A stretch of DNA of 64,000 nucleotides. Source: Candidatus Oxydemutator sp. (GTDB lineage Bacteria; Pseudomonadota; Gammaproteobacteria; Poriferisulfidales; Oxydemutatoraceae). The stretch is taken from positions 2,208,001 through 2,272,000 of the forward strand of contig OZ241883.1 of NCBI GenBank assembly GCA_965203445.1. Reading direction: 5' to 3'. Under the pieces are notes generated by a model, which saw only the letters and a program-made list of their open reading frames with translations, was not told the DNA's origin and did not search any database. Positions within the stretch are counted from its first letter, which is position 1, and each line of letters starts with the position of its first letter. The position numbers were made by a program, and so were the translations under genes. This document shows, piece by piece, positions 40,573 to 51,672 of the stretch.

Positions 40573-41318
40573 CGCCGTTCGAGCCAGCGCCCGACCTCGT
40601 CGAGCGACTGGTGGCGCGTCAAGTCCACCTGCAACGGCGTGACCGACACGCAATCCTCGCCGATTGCGTGAAAGTCGGTGCCGGCGCCGGCGTCCTGTTC
40701 GGGGCCGGCGGCGCCGACCCAGTAGATCGGGCGCCCCTGCGGATCCTCGGACTTGATCGCCGGTTCGGCGCGGTGGCGGCTGCCCAGGCGCGTCGCGCGC
40801 TCGCCTTTGATCGCGGACAGCGGCCGATCCGGGATGTTGACGTTGAGTATGAACTCCGCCGGCAACGGTTCGCGCTGAAGCCGCTCGACTTGGCGGCGCG
40901 CGATTTGCGCCGCGTCCTCGAGGTGGCGCGGATGGCTCGAGCAGACCGAGACCGCGATCGCCGGAAAGCCGAGAAAGCGCCCTTCCATGGCCGCGGCCAC
41001 GGTGCCCGAGTAGAGCACGTCGTCGCCCAGGTTGGCGCCGGCGTTGACGCCGGCGACCACCATGTCCGGCTCGCGCGCCTCGAGCAGCCCGGTCACCGCG
41101 AGATGGACGCAGTCGGTCGGGGTGCCGTCCACCGCGTAGCAGTTCTCGTCCATGCGGCTCACGCGCAGCGGGCGCTCGAGCGTCAGCGAATTGCTGGCGG
41201 CCGAGCGGTCGAGGGTCGGCGCCACTACCGTGACCTCGGCGACTTGCGCGAGCTGACGCGCCAGAATACGAAGACCGCGGCTGTCGTAACCATCGTCGTT
41301 ACTGATTAAAATGTGCAT
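40569..41318 (-). CDS. surE: 5'/3'-nucleotidase SurE
   Basis: [26 protein letters not shown]. Confidence 0.96.
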   Translation of the reverse strand: MHILISNDDGYDSRGLRILARQLAQVAEVTVVAPTLDRSAASNSLTLERPLRVSRMDENCYAVDGTPTDCVHLAVTGLLEAREPDMVVAGVNAGANLGDDVLYSGTVAAAMEGRFLGFPAIAVSVCSSHPRHLEDAAQIARRQVERLQREPLPAEFILNVNIPDRPLSAIKGERATRLGSRHRAEPAIKSEDPQGRPIYWVGAAGPEQDAGAGTDFHAIGEDCVSVTPLQVDLTRHQSLDEVGRWLERR

Positions 41319-41330
41319 AATGAGTACGCC

Positions 41331-41843
41331 ATGATCGCCGAAAACGACAACCAGCCGAAATCCGCGCCGAATTTCAGGGAATTGCTCGCCGACCCCGGCA
41401 GGCTCGCGGACGCGCGCCCGCCGCGCCGCCGCGCCGCGAGACCGGCAGCCGCAATGCGCACAATCGCAAGGGATTATAGCCGCAACGCGCCCGAATTTCC
41501 GGTTCTCGACGCGCCGCCGCCGAGATTTGTCAAAGCCGGCGTCAACCGCGCCGACCGGCGCAAGTTCGAAAAAGGCAGGATGGCGATGCGCAAATTCGAT
41601 CTGCACGGCTGCACGCGCGACCGGGCGGTGAGCGAACTCGAGCACGAAATCCGCCAATGCGTGGCCAACGACGTGCGCTGCCTGCTGGTCGTCGTCGGCA
41701 TCGGGCGCTTCTCGAAAGGCGCGCCGGTGCTGAAGACGCACGTGCTCTCCTATCTGATGCAACACGACGACGTGCTCGCCTACGCACCCGCCAAAAGCAG
41801 AGACGGCGCCGCCGGCGCGGTGTACGTGATGCTGCGGAGATAA
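41331..41843 (+). CDS. Smr/MutS2-domain protein
   Basis: [15 protein letters not shown]; divergent from surE. Confidence 0.85.
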   Translation: MIAENDNQPKSAPNFRELLADPGRLADARPPRRRAARPAAAMRTIARDYSRNAPEFPVLDAPPPRFVKAGVNRADRRKFEKGRMAMRKFDLHGCTRDRAVSELEHEIRQCVANDVRCLLVVVGIGRFSKGAPVLKTHVLSYLMQHDDVLAYAPAKSRDGAAGAVYVMLRR

Positions 41844-41844
41844 C

Positions 41845-43137
41845 GTGGCGCGTACCGCCCCCGAACCGGTCGCGCACGACCATAGTTGCGGCGACGACTT
41901 CGATCCGCAATCGCTGCCGTTCGACGAGGCGCTGCGCCGGGTGCTGGAGGCGGCGCCGGCGCCGGCGCAATCGCAACGGCTGCCGCTCGGCGACGCCCTC
42001 GGGCGGGTGCTGGCACGCGACGTGCGCGCGCGCTGCGACGTGCCCGGACATACGAATTCGGCGATGGACGGCTATGCGGTGCGCGCGCGGGATCTGCCGC
42101 GCGCCGGCGCGGCGCGTTTCAAGGTCATCGGCGCGGCGTTCGCCGGACGTCCTTTCGACGGCGCGGTCGGCGCCGGCGAATGCGTGCGCATCATGACCGG
42201 CGGCGTCATGCCGCGAGGCGCCGACACCGTCGTGATCCAGGAGCACGCGGCCGCCGACGGCGACGGCCCGGGCGCGCGCGTTGCGATCAACGCCGGGCAC
42301 CGCGCCGGGCAGAACGTGCGCCGCGCCGGCGAAGACGTAGCCCACGGCGACGTCGCACTGATGCGCGGCAGACGCTTGTCGGCGGCCGACGTCGGCCTGC
42401 TCGCGGCACTCGGCGTCGGCGAGGTCGAGGCGTTCCGAAGGCCCAAGGTGCTCCTGTTCTCGACCGGCGACGAACTGCGCCCGGTCGGCGCGCCGCTCAA
42501 AGCCGGCGAGGTGTACGACAGCAACCGCCATACCATCGCGTGTATGTTGCGGCGCCTGGGCGCGGACGTCGGCGACCTCGGCGTCGTGCGCGACGACCGC
42601 GAACAACTGCGCGCGGCGTTCGCCGAAGGCGCGCGCGGCCACGACGCGGTCATCACCTCGGGCGGCGTCTCGGTCGGCGAGGCCGATTTTACGAAGCGCA
42701 CGCTGGACGAGCTGGGCGAGGTCGGCTTCTGGAAGATCGCGATGAAACCAGGGCGGCCTTTTGCATTCGGGCGCATAGCCGACGCCGTCTATTTCGGGCT
42801 GCCCGGCAACCCGGTGTCGGTCATGGCGACGTTCTACGTGCTGGTGCAGCCGGCGCTCCGGAAGATGATGGGCGAGAACGACGTCGCGCCGTTCAAGCTG
42901 CGCGCGCGCTGCACGTCGGCGTTGCGCAAACGCCCGGGGCGCGTCGAGTTTCAGCGCGGCATCCTGACCGCCGGCAGCGGCGCCGGGTTGCCCGCGGTCG
43001 AGTCCACCGGCGCGCAGGGTTCCGGCATCCTCAGTTCGATGTCGCGCGCGAACTGTTTCATCTTTCTGCCGGAGGACGCGGGCGAGATCGCCGCCGGCGG
43101 CGAAGTAACGGTGCTGCCTTTCGCCGGACTGGCGTGA
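41845..43137 (+). CDS. moeA: Molybdopterin molybdotransferase
   Basis: [39 protein letters not shown]. Confidence 0.95.
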   Translation: MARTAPEPVAHDHSCGDDFDPQSLPFDEALRRVLEAAPAPAQSQRLPLGDALGRVLARDVRARCDVPGHTNSAMDGYAVRARDLPRAGAARFKVIGAAFAGRPFDGAVGAGECVRIMTGGVMPRGADTVVIQEHAAADGDGPGARVAINAGHRAGQNVRRAGEDVAHGDVALMRGRRLSAADVGLLAALGVGEVEAFRRPKVLLFSTGDELRPVGAPLKAGEVYDSNRHTIACMLRRLGADVGDLGVVRDDREQLRAAFAEGARGHDAVITSGGVSVGEADFTKRTLDELGEVGFWKIAMKPGRPFAFGRIADAVYFGLPGNPVSVMATFYVLVQPALRKMMGENDVAPFKLRARCTSALRKRPGRVEFQRGILTAGSGAGLPAVESTGAQGSGILSSMSRANCFIFLPEDAGEIAAGGEVTVLPFAGLA

Positions 43138-43138
43138 A

Positions 43139-43723
43139 TCAGGAGGACACGAACACCACGTTCAGGCTGACCGGTATCGTCGTCGGTATCTTGAACAATC
43201 CGACCAACGCGCGCAGCGTCTCGAAGCCGTCGAGCATGCCGTAGGCCTTTGCGTCCACCAGGATCGGCTCGACCGTCTGCACCAGCAGGCCGCCGCCGTC
43301 GAGACCGGTGACGCGCACCTTTGCGCTGAGCGGGCGCGTCTGCCCGCGCAGGTTCAACTCGGCGGACAAGTCGTGCAACGCGGTGCCGCCGGGCGCCAAG
43401 CCGCGTCGCACCGCCTGCGGCAGCGACAGCGACACCGTCGCCCGCGGATACCGGGCGACGGCAAAAGCATGCTCCTTGACGCGCTCGTCGCGGAGCGCGA
43501 CGCCGGTATCCACGCTGTCGAGGTCTACGACGACGCGCACGCCGCCGTTCTCGTCTATGGTTCCCGAGAAGCGGTGAAAACGGTTCGGCTCGAAGATCGC
43601 GGTGTGCGCGCCGACGACGATCTTGCTCGACAGGTACGTGATCGAGGATCGCGCCGCGTCCAGCTTCCAATCGGCGAACGCGCCCGGCGACAACGCCAGG
43701 CATAAAAGAATCAGATAACGCAT
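43139..43723 (-). CDS. YceI-family periplasmic protein
   Basis: Signal peptide + WKLDAARS, DLDSVDTGVALRDER. Confidence 0.85.
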   Translation of the reverse strand: MRYLILLCLALSPGAFADWKLDAARSSITYLSSKIVVGAHTAIFEPNRFHRFSGTIDENGGVRVVVDLDSVDTGVALRDERVKEHAFAVARYPRATVSLSLPQAVRRGLAPGGTALHDLSAELNLRGQTRPLSAKVRVTGLDGGGLLVQTVEPILVDAKAYGMLDGFETLRALVGLFKIPTTIPVSLNVVFVSS

Positions 43724-44208
43724 CAGACTGCCTCCATGACCGCCGGTTCGCTCGCGGGCGGCGTATTGTGCTCGACCCAACGTTCCTCGCTCGGGCCGTC
43801 GCCGGGGGCGCCACCGGCGAGTCTTTCCTTTTTCCAGAACGGCGCCCTCGCCTTCAATTCCTCGACCAGCAAGCGATTGACGGCACAGGCCGCGCGCCGG
43901 TGCGCGGCCCAGACCGCGACCGCGACAATCGCATCGCCCGGATAGACCCAACCGACGCGGTGCGCGATGAACAGGTCCTCGACGGCGTGCAGTCGGCGCG
44001 CCTCCCGCGCCGCGCGACGCAGGAAGCGCTCCGTCATAGCGGGGTAATGCTCAAGCCACATCGCCTCGACGGCGGCGCCTTCGTTGCAGTCGCGCATCGT
44101 GCCGACGAACAGCGACTGCGCGCCGAAACTGCCGCGCCGCAAACGCTCCTGGTGCGCCCGCACCTTGCGCCACGGATCGAACGGTTTTTCAAGGATCTCT
44201 ATTTCCAA
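43723..44208 (-). CDS. moaE: Molybdopterin synthase catalytic subunit
   Basis: LEHYPAMT, HRVG, AHRR, LKARAPFWKKE. Confidence 0.93.
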   Translation of the reverse strand: MEIEILEKPFDPWRKVRAHQERLRRGSFGAQSLFVGTMRDCNEGAAVEAMWLEHYPAMTERFLRRAAREARRLHAVEDLFIAHRVGWVYPGDAIVAVAVWAAHRRAACAVNRLLVEELKARAPFWKKERLAGGAPGDGPSEERWVEHNTPPASEPAVMEAV

Positions 44209-44275
44209 CGAAACCTCCGTCTGCGCAAGGAATTATATAGGAGATCCATGGGAATGATGGGAATTACACACGGCT

Positions 44276-45514
44276 TCAGGCGGGACAGCGGCGGTGCAGC
44301 AGCAGCGCGGTCAGCAGCATCAGCACGGCGGTGACTACGAAGGCTGCTTGCAGGCCGTCGTAGAATACCGCGACCGCGCCCAAGGTGCCGCTGCCGGCGG
44401 CGTAGCCGAAATCGCGCCAGAAACGATACACGCCCATCGCCGGCGCGCGCAGCGCGGGCGAACTGAAGCGGCTGATGACCGTGCTCAACGTCGGGTAGAG
44501 CAGGCCCATGCCGACGCCCATTATCAGCGCGTTGGCGTACCACCACGCCGGATGGTCGAACGCGAGTATCGTGAGCGCGGTGACGCCGCACAGCACCATG
44601 CCGGAGTTGATAAGCCACTTCAATGAGACGCGGTCCGCGAGCAATCCCGACGGCAGTTGCACGACGCCCCACGCGACCGCGTAGGTGCCGGTGATCAGGC
44701 CGATCTGCGGCAGCGAAAATCCGCGCCGGTAGAGATAGACCGGAAACACGACCCACACCAGCACGTCTATGAATTTCTCGACCAGGCCGGCCAGGCACAC
44801 CACCGACGAAACCTTGTCGCCGAAACTGACGTGCCAAAACGTGCCGCGCCCCGTGCCGGCCTTTTGCGCGCTATCGCGTCTTGCGCCGGCGTCCTTGACG
44901 GCCGCGGGCAGCGTCTCGAAACACAATATCGAGGCCAACGACAATGCGACGCCTATCATCAACGTGCTGAATACGAGCAGTCCGGCGCGGGTACCGAGCG
45001 CCAGCACCAGTTCCGGCGTCAGGTAGCCGCCGAGCGCGACGCCGAAATAGCCGGCGAATTCGTTCCAGCCGATGACGGTGCCGTGGCGCTCGCGCGCGAC
45101 CAGATCGAGTTTGGCGATCTGCGACATGGACCAGCAGCAACCCTGCTGCGCGCCGAGCAGCACGGTGGCGACGACGATCCACCACCAGTCGGCGGCGTAC
45201 ACCAGCATCGCCGGGATCGGCACCGCGAACAGCCAGCCGACGACGAGGACACGCTTGCGTCCGTGGAGATTCGACAGGCCGCCGGCCCACAGGTTCGCAA
45301 AACTCTTGACAACGCCGAAAGCCAGGACGAAACTGGCGAGCAACAGGTACGAGTCGCGCGGCACCTGGAACTCGGTCTCGGACATGACCGGAATGACCGT
45401 GCGAAACAAACCCAGCGTCATGCCGGTGAAGAAAACCTGCAATACGAACTGCGCCAGTTGGAAGCGCCGCGAACGGACGTCGAAGCGGGCGAGGTTTTCG
45501 ATGGCATACCGCAT
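44276..45514 (-). CDS. MFS transporter
   Basis: Multiple TM helices, HGRKRVL loop, GVYRFWRDFGYA. Confidence 0.88.
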   Translation of the reverse strand: MRYAIENLARFDVRSRRFQLAQFVLQVFFTGMTLGLFRTVIPVMSETEFQVPRDSYLLLASFVLAFGVVKSFANLWAGGLSNLHGRKRVLVVGWLFAVPIPAMLVYAADWWWIVVATVLLGAQQGCCWSMSQIAKLDLVARERHGTVIGWNEFAGYFGVALGGYLTPELVLALGTRAGLLVFSTLMIGVALSLASILCFETLPAAVKDAGARRDSAQKAGTGRGTFWHVSFGDKVSSVVCLAGLVEKFIDVLVWVVFPVYLYRRGFSLPQIGLITGTYAVAWGVVQLPSGLLADRVSLKWLINSGMVLCGVTALTILAFDHPAWWYANALIMGVGMGLLYPTLSTVISRFSSPALRAPAMGVYRFWRDFGYAAGSGTLGAVAVFYDGLQAAFVVTAVLMLLTALLLHRRCPA

Positions 45515-45541
45515 GGTGTATCCCGCCGATTATAAAGCGCC

Positions 45542-46294
45542 GTGAAGAAACACCCGTTCATTGCCGCCGGCGTGGTGCTCGCGCTGCTCGCGTGGGGCGG
45601 CTACACGCTGCTGGGGCCGGGGTCGCCGTGGCGCGCGCCCGAAATCGGCGCCGGCAACGGCGACGGATTGTGGCGCGGGCACTTCGACATCAACCGGCGC
45701 GGTCGTTACGAGTTCACCGCGCTGCACGTCGGCGGGCGGCTCATCGCGCTCAGTCCCGACGCGCGCGTCGCCTACCGCGGCGACGTCGCTTTCGACGACG
45801 GCCGCTACCACGCCGAGATGGACATGTACTTCATCAACGGTTCGCCGTTTGATCGGGTGACGCTCGACGGCGACGTGACGTCCGCGCAGCGTATCGAGGC
45901 GCGCTTTACGACGCTCGGCGCCAAGGACGAAGGCAGCCTGGTGCTCGAATACGACCGGGCGCTGTACGAGAAAGGCGCTTCGCTCGAACGAGTACGCGGA
46001 CGGTGGATACTCTACGAAGGATTCACGATCGCCAGGTTCACGATCAAGGATGACGGCAAATTCCACGGCGCCGACGCCAACGGCTGCGACTACCAGGGCC
46101 TGATCGAGGTCATCAACCCCGACTACAACGCGTACCGCACGAGGCTGCTGGCGTCGTCGTGCGACGGCCTAGGCGGAGAGTTTGCGGGCATGGCGTTTTT
46201 GACCGGCAGCCTCGCCGAGGACGACACCCTGCACGTGCAGGTCGCGAACGACAACCGCGGGCTGTACATGCCGATCGTGCGTGACCGCGGCTGA
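45542..46294 (+). CDS. Hypothetical exported/membrane-anchored protein
   Basis: 250-aa ORF with host-like codon usage and an N-terminal hydrophobic segment. Confidence 0.65.
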   Translation: MKKHPFIAAGVVLALLAWGGYTLLGPGSPWRAPEIGAGNGDGLWRGHFDINRRGRYEFTALHVGGRLIALSPDARVAYRGDVAFDDGRYHAEMDMYFINGSPFDRVTLDGDVTSAQRIEARFTTLGAKDEGSLVLEYDRALYEKGASLERVRGRWILYEGFTIARFTIKDDGKFHGADANGCDYQGLIEVINPDYNAYRTRLLASSCDGLGGEFAGMAFLTGSLAEDDTLHVQVANDNRGLYMPIVRDRG

Positions 46295-46336
46295 GGCGGC
46301 GGCGACCGCTACGCCGACACTTGTATCCAGCGACGG

Positions 46337-46412
<76 letters not shown>

Positions 46413-46454
46413 ACGCGACGGACGCGCGCAATGTAGCACACGCGCCGCGCGTGC

Positions 46455-47234
46455 TCAACCGGTCACGCCGCGCGTGCTCGATTCGAGGAACTCTATCAGG
46501 ACTTTTACCTCGGGATGTTCGCGCGCGACTTCGAGGTGCCTGTCCAAATAACTACGCAGTCCGCCCGGCGTGCGCACCAGATCGAGATAAGCGTTGTGCA
46601 GCGCGCGGATTTTGTCGTCGGCGAAACCGGCGCGACGCAGCCCGACCTTGTTCAGGCCGTGGGTCCTGGCGGGGTTGCCCGAGGCCAGCGTGTACGGCGG
46701 CAGATCCTTCGAGAAGGCGCTGCCCTTGCCGCTGAACGCATAGGAGCCGACGCGGCAAAACTGGTGGATCAGGCTGAAGCCGCCGAGCGTCGCGTGGTCG
46801 CACACCTCGACGTGGCCGCCGAGCGACGCGCCGTTGGCGAAGATCACGTGGTCGCCGACGACACAGTCGTGGGCGACGTGCACGTAGGCCATCAACAGGT
46901 TGTCGTCGCCGACGACGGTCTTGCCAAGCGCCACGCCGGTGCCTCGGTGGAGCGTGCAGTATTCGCGGATGACGTTGCGCTCGCCGATGATCAGTTCGGT
47001 GCGCTCGCCGCGAAATTTCTTATCCTGCGGTTCCTCGCCGACCGAGGCGAACTGAAAAATGCGGTTGTCGCGGCCGATCGAGGTCGGCCCCTTGACGACG
47101 ACGTGGGGGCCTATGCGGGTGCCGGCGCCGATCACGACGCCGGCGCCGATGACGCTGTAGGCGCCGACCGAGACGTCGGGCGCAAGTTCGGCCGCGGCGT
47201 CCACTATCGCGGTCGAATGTACGTCGGCGCCCAC
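46455..47234 (-). CDS. lpxA: UDP-GlcNAc acyltransferase
   Basis: Hexapeptide repeats, PQDKKF, HVAHDC, GLNKVGLRR. Confidence 0.95.
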   Translation of the reverse strand: MGADVHSTAIVDAAAELAPDVSVGAYSVIGAGVVIGAGTRIGPHVVVKGPTSIGRDNRIFQFASVGEEPQDKKFRGERTELIIGERNVIREYCTLHRGTGVALGKTVVGDDNLLMAYVHVAHDCVVGDHVIFANGASLGGHVEVCDHATLGGFSLIHQFCRVGSYAFSGKGSAFSKDLPPYTLASGNPARTHGLNKVGLRRAGFADDKIRALHNAYLDLVRTPGGLRSYLDRHLEVAREHPEVKVLIEFLESSTRGVTG

Positions 47235-47249
47235 GTCCGTTCCGCGCGG

Positions 47250-47677
<428 letters not shown>

Positions 47678-47681
<4 letters not shown>

Positions 47682-48721
47682 CGTCGCTCCCCGCCCCCGA
47701 CGGCGTCCCCTTTCTCGAGCGCGCCGACGCGCCTTGCCAATTCGTCGAGGCGCCGGTGCCGCGAGGCACTGCGCAACCATTCGCGGTGCGGCTGGTGCGG
47801 CAGGCACGACGTATAGCGCCCGGCCCTGGGGATGGACTTGGTGACCGCGGTCATGCCGGAGATGACGACGTCGTCGCCGATCTCGACGTGGCCCTGGATA
47901 CCGGAGTGGCCGCCGATCATGCAGCGCCTGCCGATGACGGCGCTGCCGGCGATGCCGACGCAGCCGGCGATCGCGGTGTCATCGCCGATGCGCACGTTGT
48001 GCCCTATCTGAACCAGGTTGTCTATCTTGACCCCATTGCCGATGACGGTGGCGTCGAGGGCGCCGCGATCTATCGTCGTGTTGGCGCCGATCTCGACGTC
48101 GTCGCCGATCTCGACGCCGCCCAGCTGCTCGATCTTGACCCAGCGCCCGGCGCGGTTGGCATAGCCGAAACCGTCGGCGCCGATGACCGCGCCCGGATGG
48201 ATCACGACCGCGCACCCCAGGCGCACCCCGCGTTGCAGCGTGACCCGCGCGACCAGGCGGCAACGGCGGCCGATGCGGCAATTCTCCATCAGCACGCAAT
48301 TCGGGCCTATGACCGTGCCGTCGCCGAGGCGGCAGCCGGAGGCGACGACGCTGCCGGCCGCGATCGCGACGTCCTCGCCCAGAACGGCGTCGGCGGCGAC
48401 GACCGCGGTCGGATGCAGGCCTGGGCACGGTGCGTGATCGCGGCGGAACAACCGCGAGATGTCGGCGAAGGCCAGGTAGGGATCGTCGCAGACCAGCGCC
48501 GGCAGACGGCACGCGGCGCCGTCGGCGGCGCGCAGCACGATGGCCGAGGCGCGCGTCCCGGCGAGCAGATGGCGGTGCCTGGAGTCGCCGAGAAACGTCA
48601 GCTGGCCGGCGCGCGCGCGGTCGAGACTGCCGAGGCCGCGGATCTCCGGATCGCCCGCGCCCCTGCGCTCGGCACCGGAGTACTCCGCCAGTTCGGACAG
48701 CGTGTAGCTCCTTGTTTGCAT
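47678..48721 (-). CDS. lpxD: UDP-3-O-acyl-glucosamine N-acyltransferase
   Basis: [27 protein letters not shown]. Confidence 0.96.
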
Positions 48722-48747
48722 CGGCGCGGACGGCGGCGCGGCGGCGG

Positions 48748-49329
48748 CTACCGCGCGCGTTTCTCCAACACTTTGAGCACGCGGTCGGTGACGTCTATGC
48801 GCTCGCTCGCGTAGATGACGGGTTCCGATACGATCAGGTCGAACTTGTCCTTCTTCGCAATATCCGAGATCACCTTGGCCACCATCTTCCGGATCTCGGC
48901 CAGTTCCTCGTCTCTGCGCTCGGTGAAATCGCTCTGGAAGTCCTCCTTGCGCGAGCGCAGTTTGCGCCCCTTCGATATGATCTCGCGCTCGAGGCGTTTT
49001 TTCCGCTTCGCCTCCATCTTGTCGCGGTTGCGGCGCAGCCGGTCCTCAAGCCTGCCGATCTGCTCCTCGCTCTCGCGCAGTTTGTCGCCACGACCGGAAA
49101 ACTCCTTCTCGAGACGCTCTTTCGCGGCCTTCGCCTGCGGTGCCTCCTGCATCACGCGCCCTAGGTTGACGAAACCGACGGTGAGGGATTTCTGCGCCGC
49201 CAGCGGCTGCCACGACAGCGCCGCGCCCAGGCACAGCGCCAGCGCCGCTTTCGGCGTCGTCCGCGGCGCGCGCGCCGCGGCTTCAGAAACTCGCGCCGAA
49301 GTCGAACTGAAAGGATTCGGTATCGTCAT
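48748..49329 (-). CDS. skp: OmpH/Skp periplasmic chaperone (start uncertain)
   Basis: VGFVN...APQA...LEKEF...IDVTDRVL; between bamA and lpxD. Confidence 0.88.
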   Translation of the reverse strand: MTIPNPFSSTSARVSEAAARAPRTTPKAALALCLGAALSWQPLAAQKSLTVGFVNLGRVMQEAPQAKAAKERLEKEFSGRGDKLRESEEQIGRLEDRLRRNRDKMEAKRKKRLEREIISKGRKLRSRKEDFQSDFTERRDEELAEIRKMVAKVISDIAKKDKFDLIVSEPVIYASERIDVTDRVLKVLEKRAR

Positions 49330-51664
49330 CGCGTTCGTCATTATAATGCGTCGCAAAGTTAAAAGTAACCGCGCCGATGGCGGTCAGCCAGCTTACGTTC
49401 AAGCCGGCCGAACCGCGCAGGTCGCCCAGCGAAAAATCGCTGAATTTCTCGGTCACGTTGCCGACGTCGGTGAACAGGCTCAGGCGCAGTCTTGCCGGGT
49501 CGTAGACCACGCCGCTCGGGAAAAACAAGTCGAAATTTCCGAGCAGCCTGAAATTCCCGCCGATGGCGTCGTCCGGATCCACCGGATCCTTCGGGCCGAT
49601 CGAGTTGTTCTGGTAGCCGCGCACGCTGCGGGTACCGCCGGCGTAGTAGCGGTCGTAAAACGGCACGTCCGGGGTGTCGCTGAGCGCGCTCGCGTACGAT
49701 ACGGTGGCGCGCGGCGAAAACACGAACCTGCGCTTGTCGTCGAGCGGCAGATAATGGTTTTGCGAATAATTCAGCTTGACGTAGCTCAAGCCGCCGCCGG
49801 GGCCGTATATTTCCGCCGAGCTGCGGATGCGCGCGCCCTCGGTCGTGAACAGCGAACGGTCGCGCGTGTCGTACACCAGGTTGGCGCTCACGATGTAGTT
49901 TCTGAACCGGAGGGCGTAGTCGTAGGGACCGCCGACGTCGGTGCCGACCTCGGGAATAAAGTCCTCGGCGAAGGCGCACAAATCGGTGCGGCGCCCGCTG
50001 GTGCAAGGCACGTCGAGACGTATGTCCTGAAAGCGGACGCCGAGTCCCAGCACGTCCGATTCGGAAATCGGAACGCCGTAATTGAGCGACAAGTTCAGCT
50101 CGTCGGTGTCGGCCGCGGTCAGGTTGAGACGATTGTTGCCGTAATCCACCGAGCGGTAGCTCATCCGCCACGAGCGACTGACGCCGTCCATCGTGTGATA
50201 GGGATCCAAAAAGCCGAGCGCATAGCGCGCGCTCGAGGCGCTGTTGTCGAAGGCGAAATCCACGCGGTTGCCGCTGCCGAGAAAATTGTCCTGGGCGACG
50301 CTCAGAGACAGAACGCCGCCTTCGTTGTCGGAGTAGCCGGCGCCGACGTTGAAATTGCCGGACAGGCGCTCGCTGACCTCAAAACCGAGATCCAGCTGGT
50401 CGCCGGTGTCCACGACCGGCTTCTCCTCGATCGAGACCTCGGATACGTACGGAAGCCGTTGCAGGCGGCGGCGCGACAGTTCGACGTTTCCGGCCGAGTA
50501 GGCCGCACCCTCGAGCTGGCGCAGCTCGCGCCGAAACACCTCGTCGTCGGTGGTCTCGTTGCCGTGAATTTCGATGCGGCGCACGTAGGTGCGCTTGCCG
50601 GGGACTACGAAAAACGCAAGATCCACGCTGGAGGTTCCCGGCTGCTGCTCGGGCATAACCTGGGTCTTGGCGAACGCATAGCCCTGGTCTTTCAAGCGCC
50701 GCGTGATCTCGTCGCTGAGCGCCAGCGTCTCGCCGCGCGAGAAAATCCTGCCCTCGAGCGGACGCACCAGCTTGCGCAAGGCGCCGCGCCCGGGCACGCG
50801 CGCGCCGGTCACGTGCACGTCGCGGATACGGTAGCGGCGTCCCTCGACGACCTTGATCAGCACGTCTATGTAGCGCTTGTCCGGCGTCAGCGTAACGCGC
50901 GTCTCGGCGACCTCGAAATCGAGATAGCCGCGGTCGAAGTAGAGGTTGCGCAAGCGCTCGAGGTCGCTTTCGAGCTTGAACTTCGAGTACTGATCCTTGC
51001 TGCCCCAGAAGTCGTACCAGGCCCTGGCGCCGGACTCGAAATCCTCCTTGATCTGGTCCTCGGGAATGACGCGGTTGCCGGCGATGCGAACGCCGCGGAT
51101 GATCGCGCTCTCGCCCTCGTCTATCGTGATCACCAGGCGCACTTGGTGCTCCGGCGCCTCCAGCGCCTGAAGACGCACTTTCACGCCGTACTTGCCAAGC
51201 GCGTAATACTGCTGCTTGAGTTCCTGGCGCAGCCGCTCGAACGTGGCGCGGTCGTAGATGCGCCCGACCGCGACCTCGATCTCGGCCAGCCCCTCGAGCA
51301 GCGCCTCGTCCGGGATCGCCTCGTTGCCGCTGATCTCGAGCGCCGCGATGCCCGGCCTCTCGCGCACGACGAACACCAGCTTGCGGCCTTCGCGGCGCAG
51401 CACGAGGTCCTCGAACAATCCCGAACCGTAGAGTTCGTTCATGACGCCGGGCGCGTCGGCCGGATCGAAGGAATCGCCGACCCGCACCGACAGATTCGAG
51501 AACACCTGGCCGGGGCGGACGCGCTGCAGGCCCTCGACCTCGACGTCGCTTATGACAAAGCGCGCGGCGTCGCGCTGGGCCGCGGCCGCGGCCGCCAGCG
51601 TCAGCAGGCAAAGCGCAAGCGCGCCTCGGCGCAAGCGCCCGCTTCGCGTAGTCCCCCGTGGCAA
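49283..51664 (-). CDS. bamA: Outer membrane protein assembly factor BamA (start approximate)
   Basis: VEGLQRV POTRA start, YAGG...SVRGY, terminal FQFDFGASF. Confidence 0.95.
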   Translation of the reverse strand: MPRGTTRSGRLRRGALALCLLTLAAAAAAQRDAARFVISDVEVEGLQRVRPGQVFSNLSVRVGDSFDPADAPGVMNELYGSGLFEDLVLRREGRKLVFVVRERPGIAALEISGNEAIPDEALLEGLAEIEVAVGRIYDRATFERLRQELKQQYYALGKYGVKVRLQALEAPEHQVRLVITIDEGESAIIRGVRIAGNRVIPEDQIKEDFESGARAWYDFWGSKDQYSKFKLESDLERLRNLYFDRGYLDFEVAETRVTLTPDKRYIDVLIKVVEGRRYRIRDVHVTGARVPGRGALRKLVRPLEGRIFSRGETLALSDEITRRLKDQGYAFAKTQVMPEQQPGTSSVDLAFFVVPGKRTYVRRIEIHGNETTDDEVFRRELRQLEGAAYSAGNVELSRRRLQRLPYVSEVSIEEKPVVDTGDQLDLGFEVSERLSGNFNVGAGYSDNEGGVLSLSVAQDNFLGSGNRVDFAFDNSASSARYALGFLDPYHTMDGVSRSWRMSYRSVDYGNNRLNLTAADTDELNLSLNYGVPISESDVLGLGVRFQDIRLDVPCTSGRRTDLCAFAEDFIPEVGTDVGGPYDYALRFRNYIVSANLVYDTRDRSLFTTEGARIRSSAEIYGPGGGLSYVKLNYSQNHYLPLDDKRRFVFSPRATVSYASALSDTPDVPFYDRYYAGGTRSVRGYQNNSIGPKDPVDPDDAIGGNFRLLGNFDLFFPSGVVYDPARLRLSLFTDVGNVTEKFSDFSLGDLRGSAGLNVSWLTAIGAVTFNFATHYNDERDDDTESFQFDFGASF

Positions 51665-51672
51665 AAGCTCTA

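Noticed and set aside
44229-44270. GGAATTATATAG and GGGAATTACACA resembling the tnpB TIR
   Set aside because: Both are in the same orientation, with no partner end or TSD; the first is explained as a TATAAT promoter for moaE on the minus strand.
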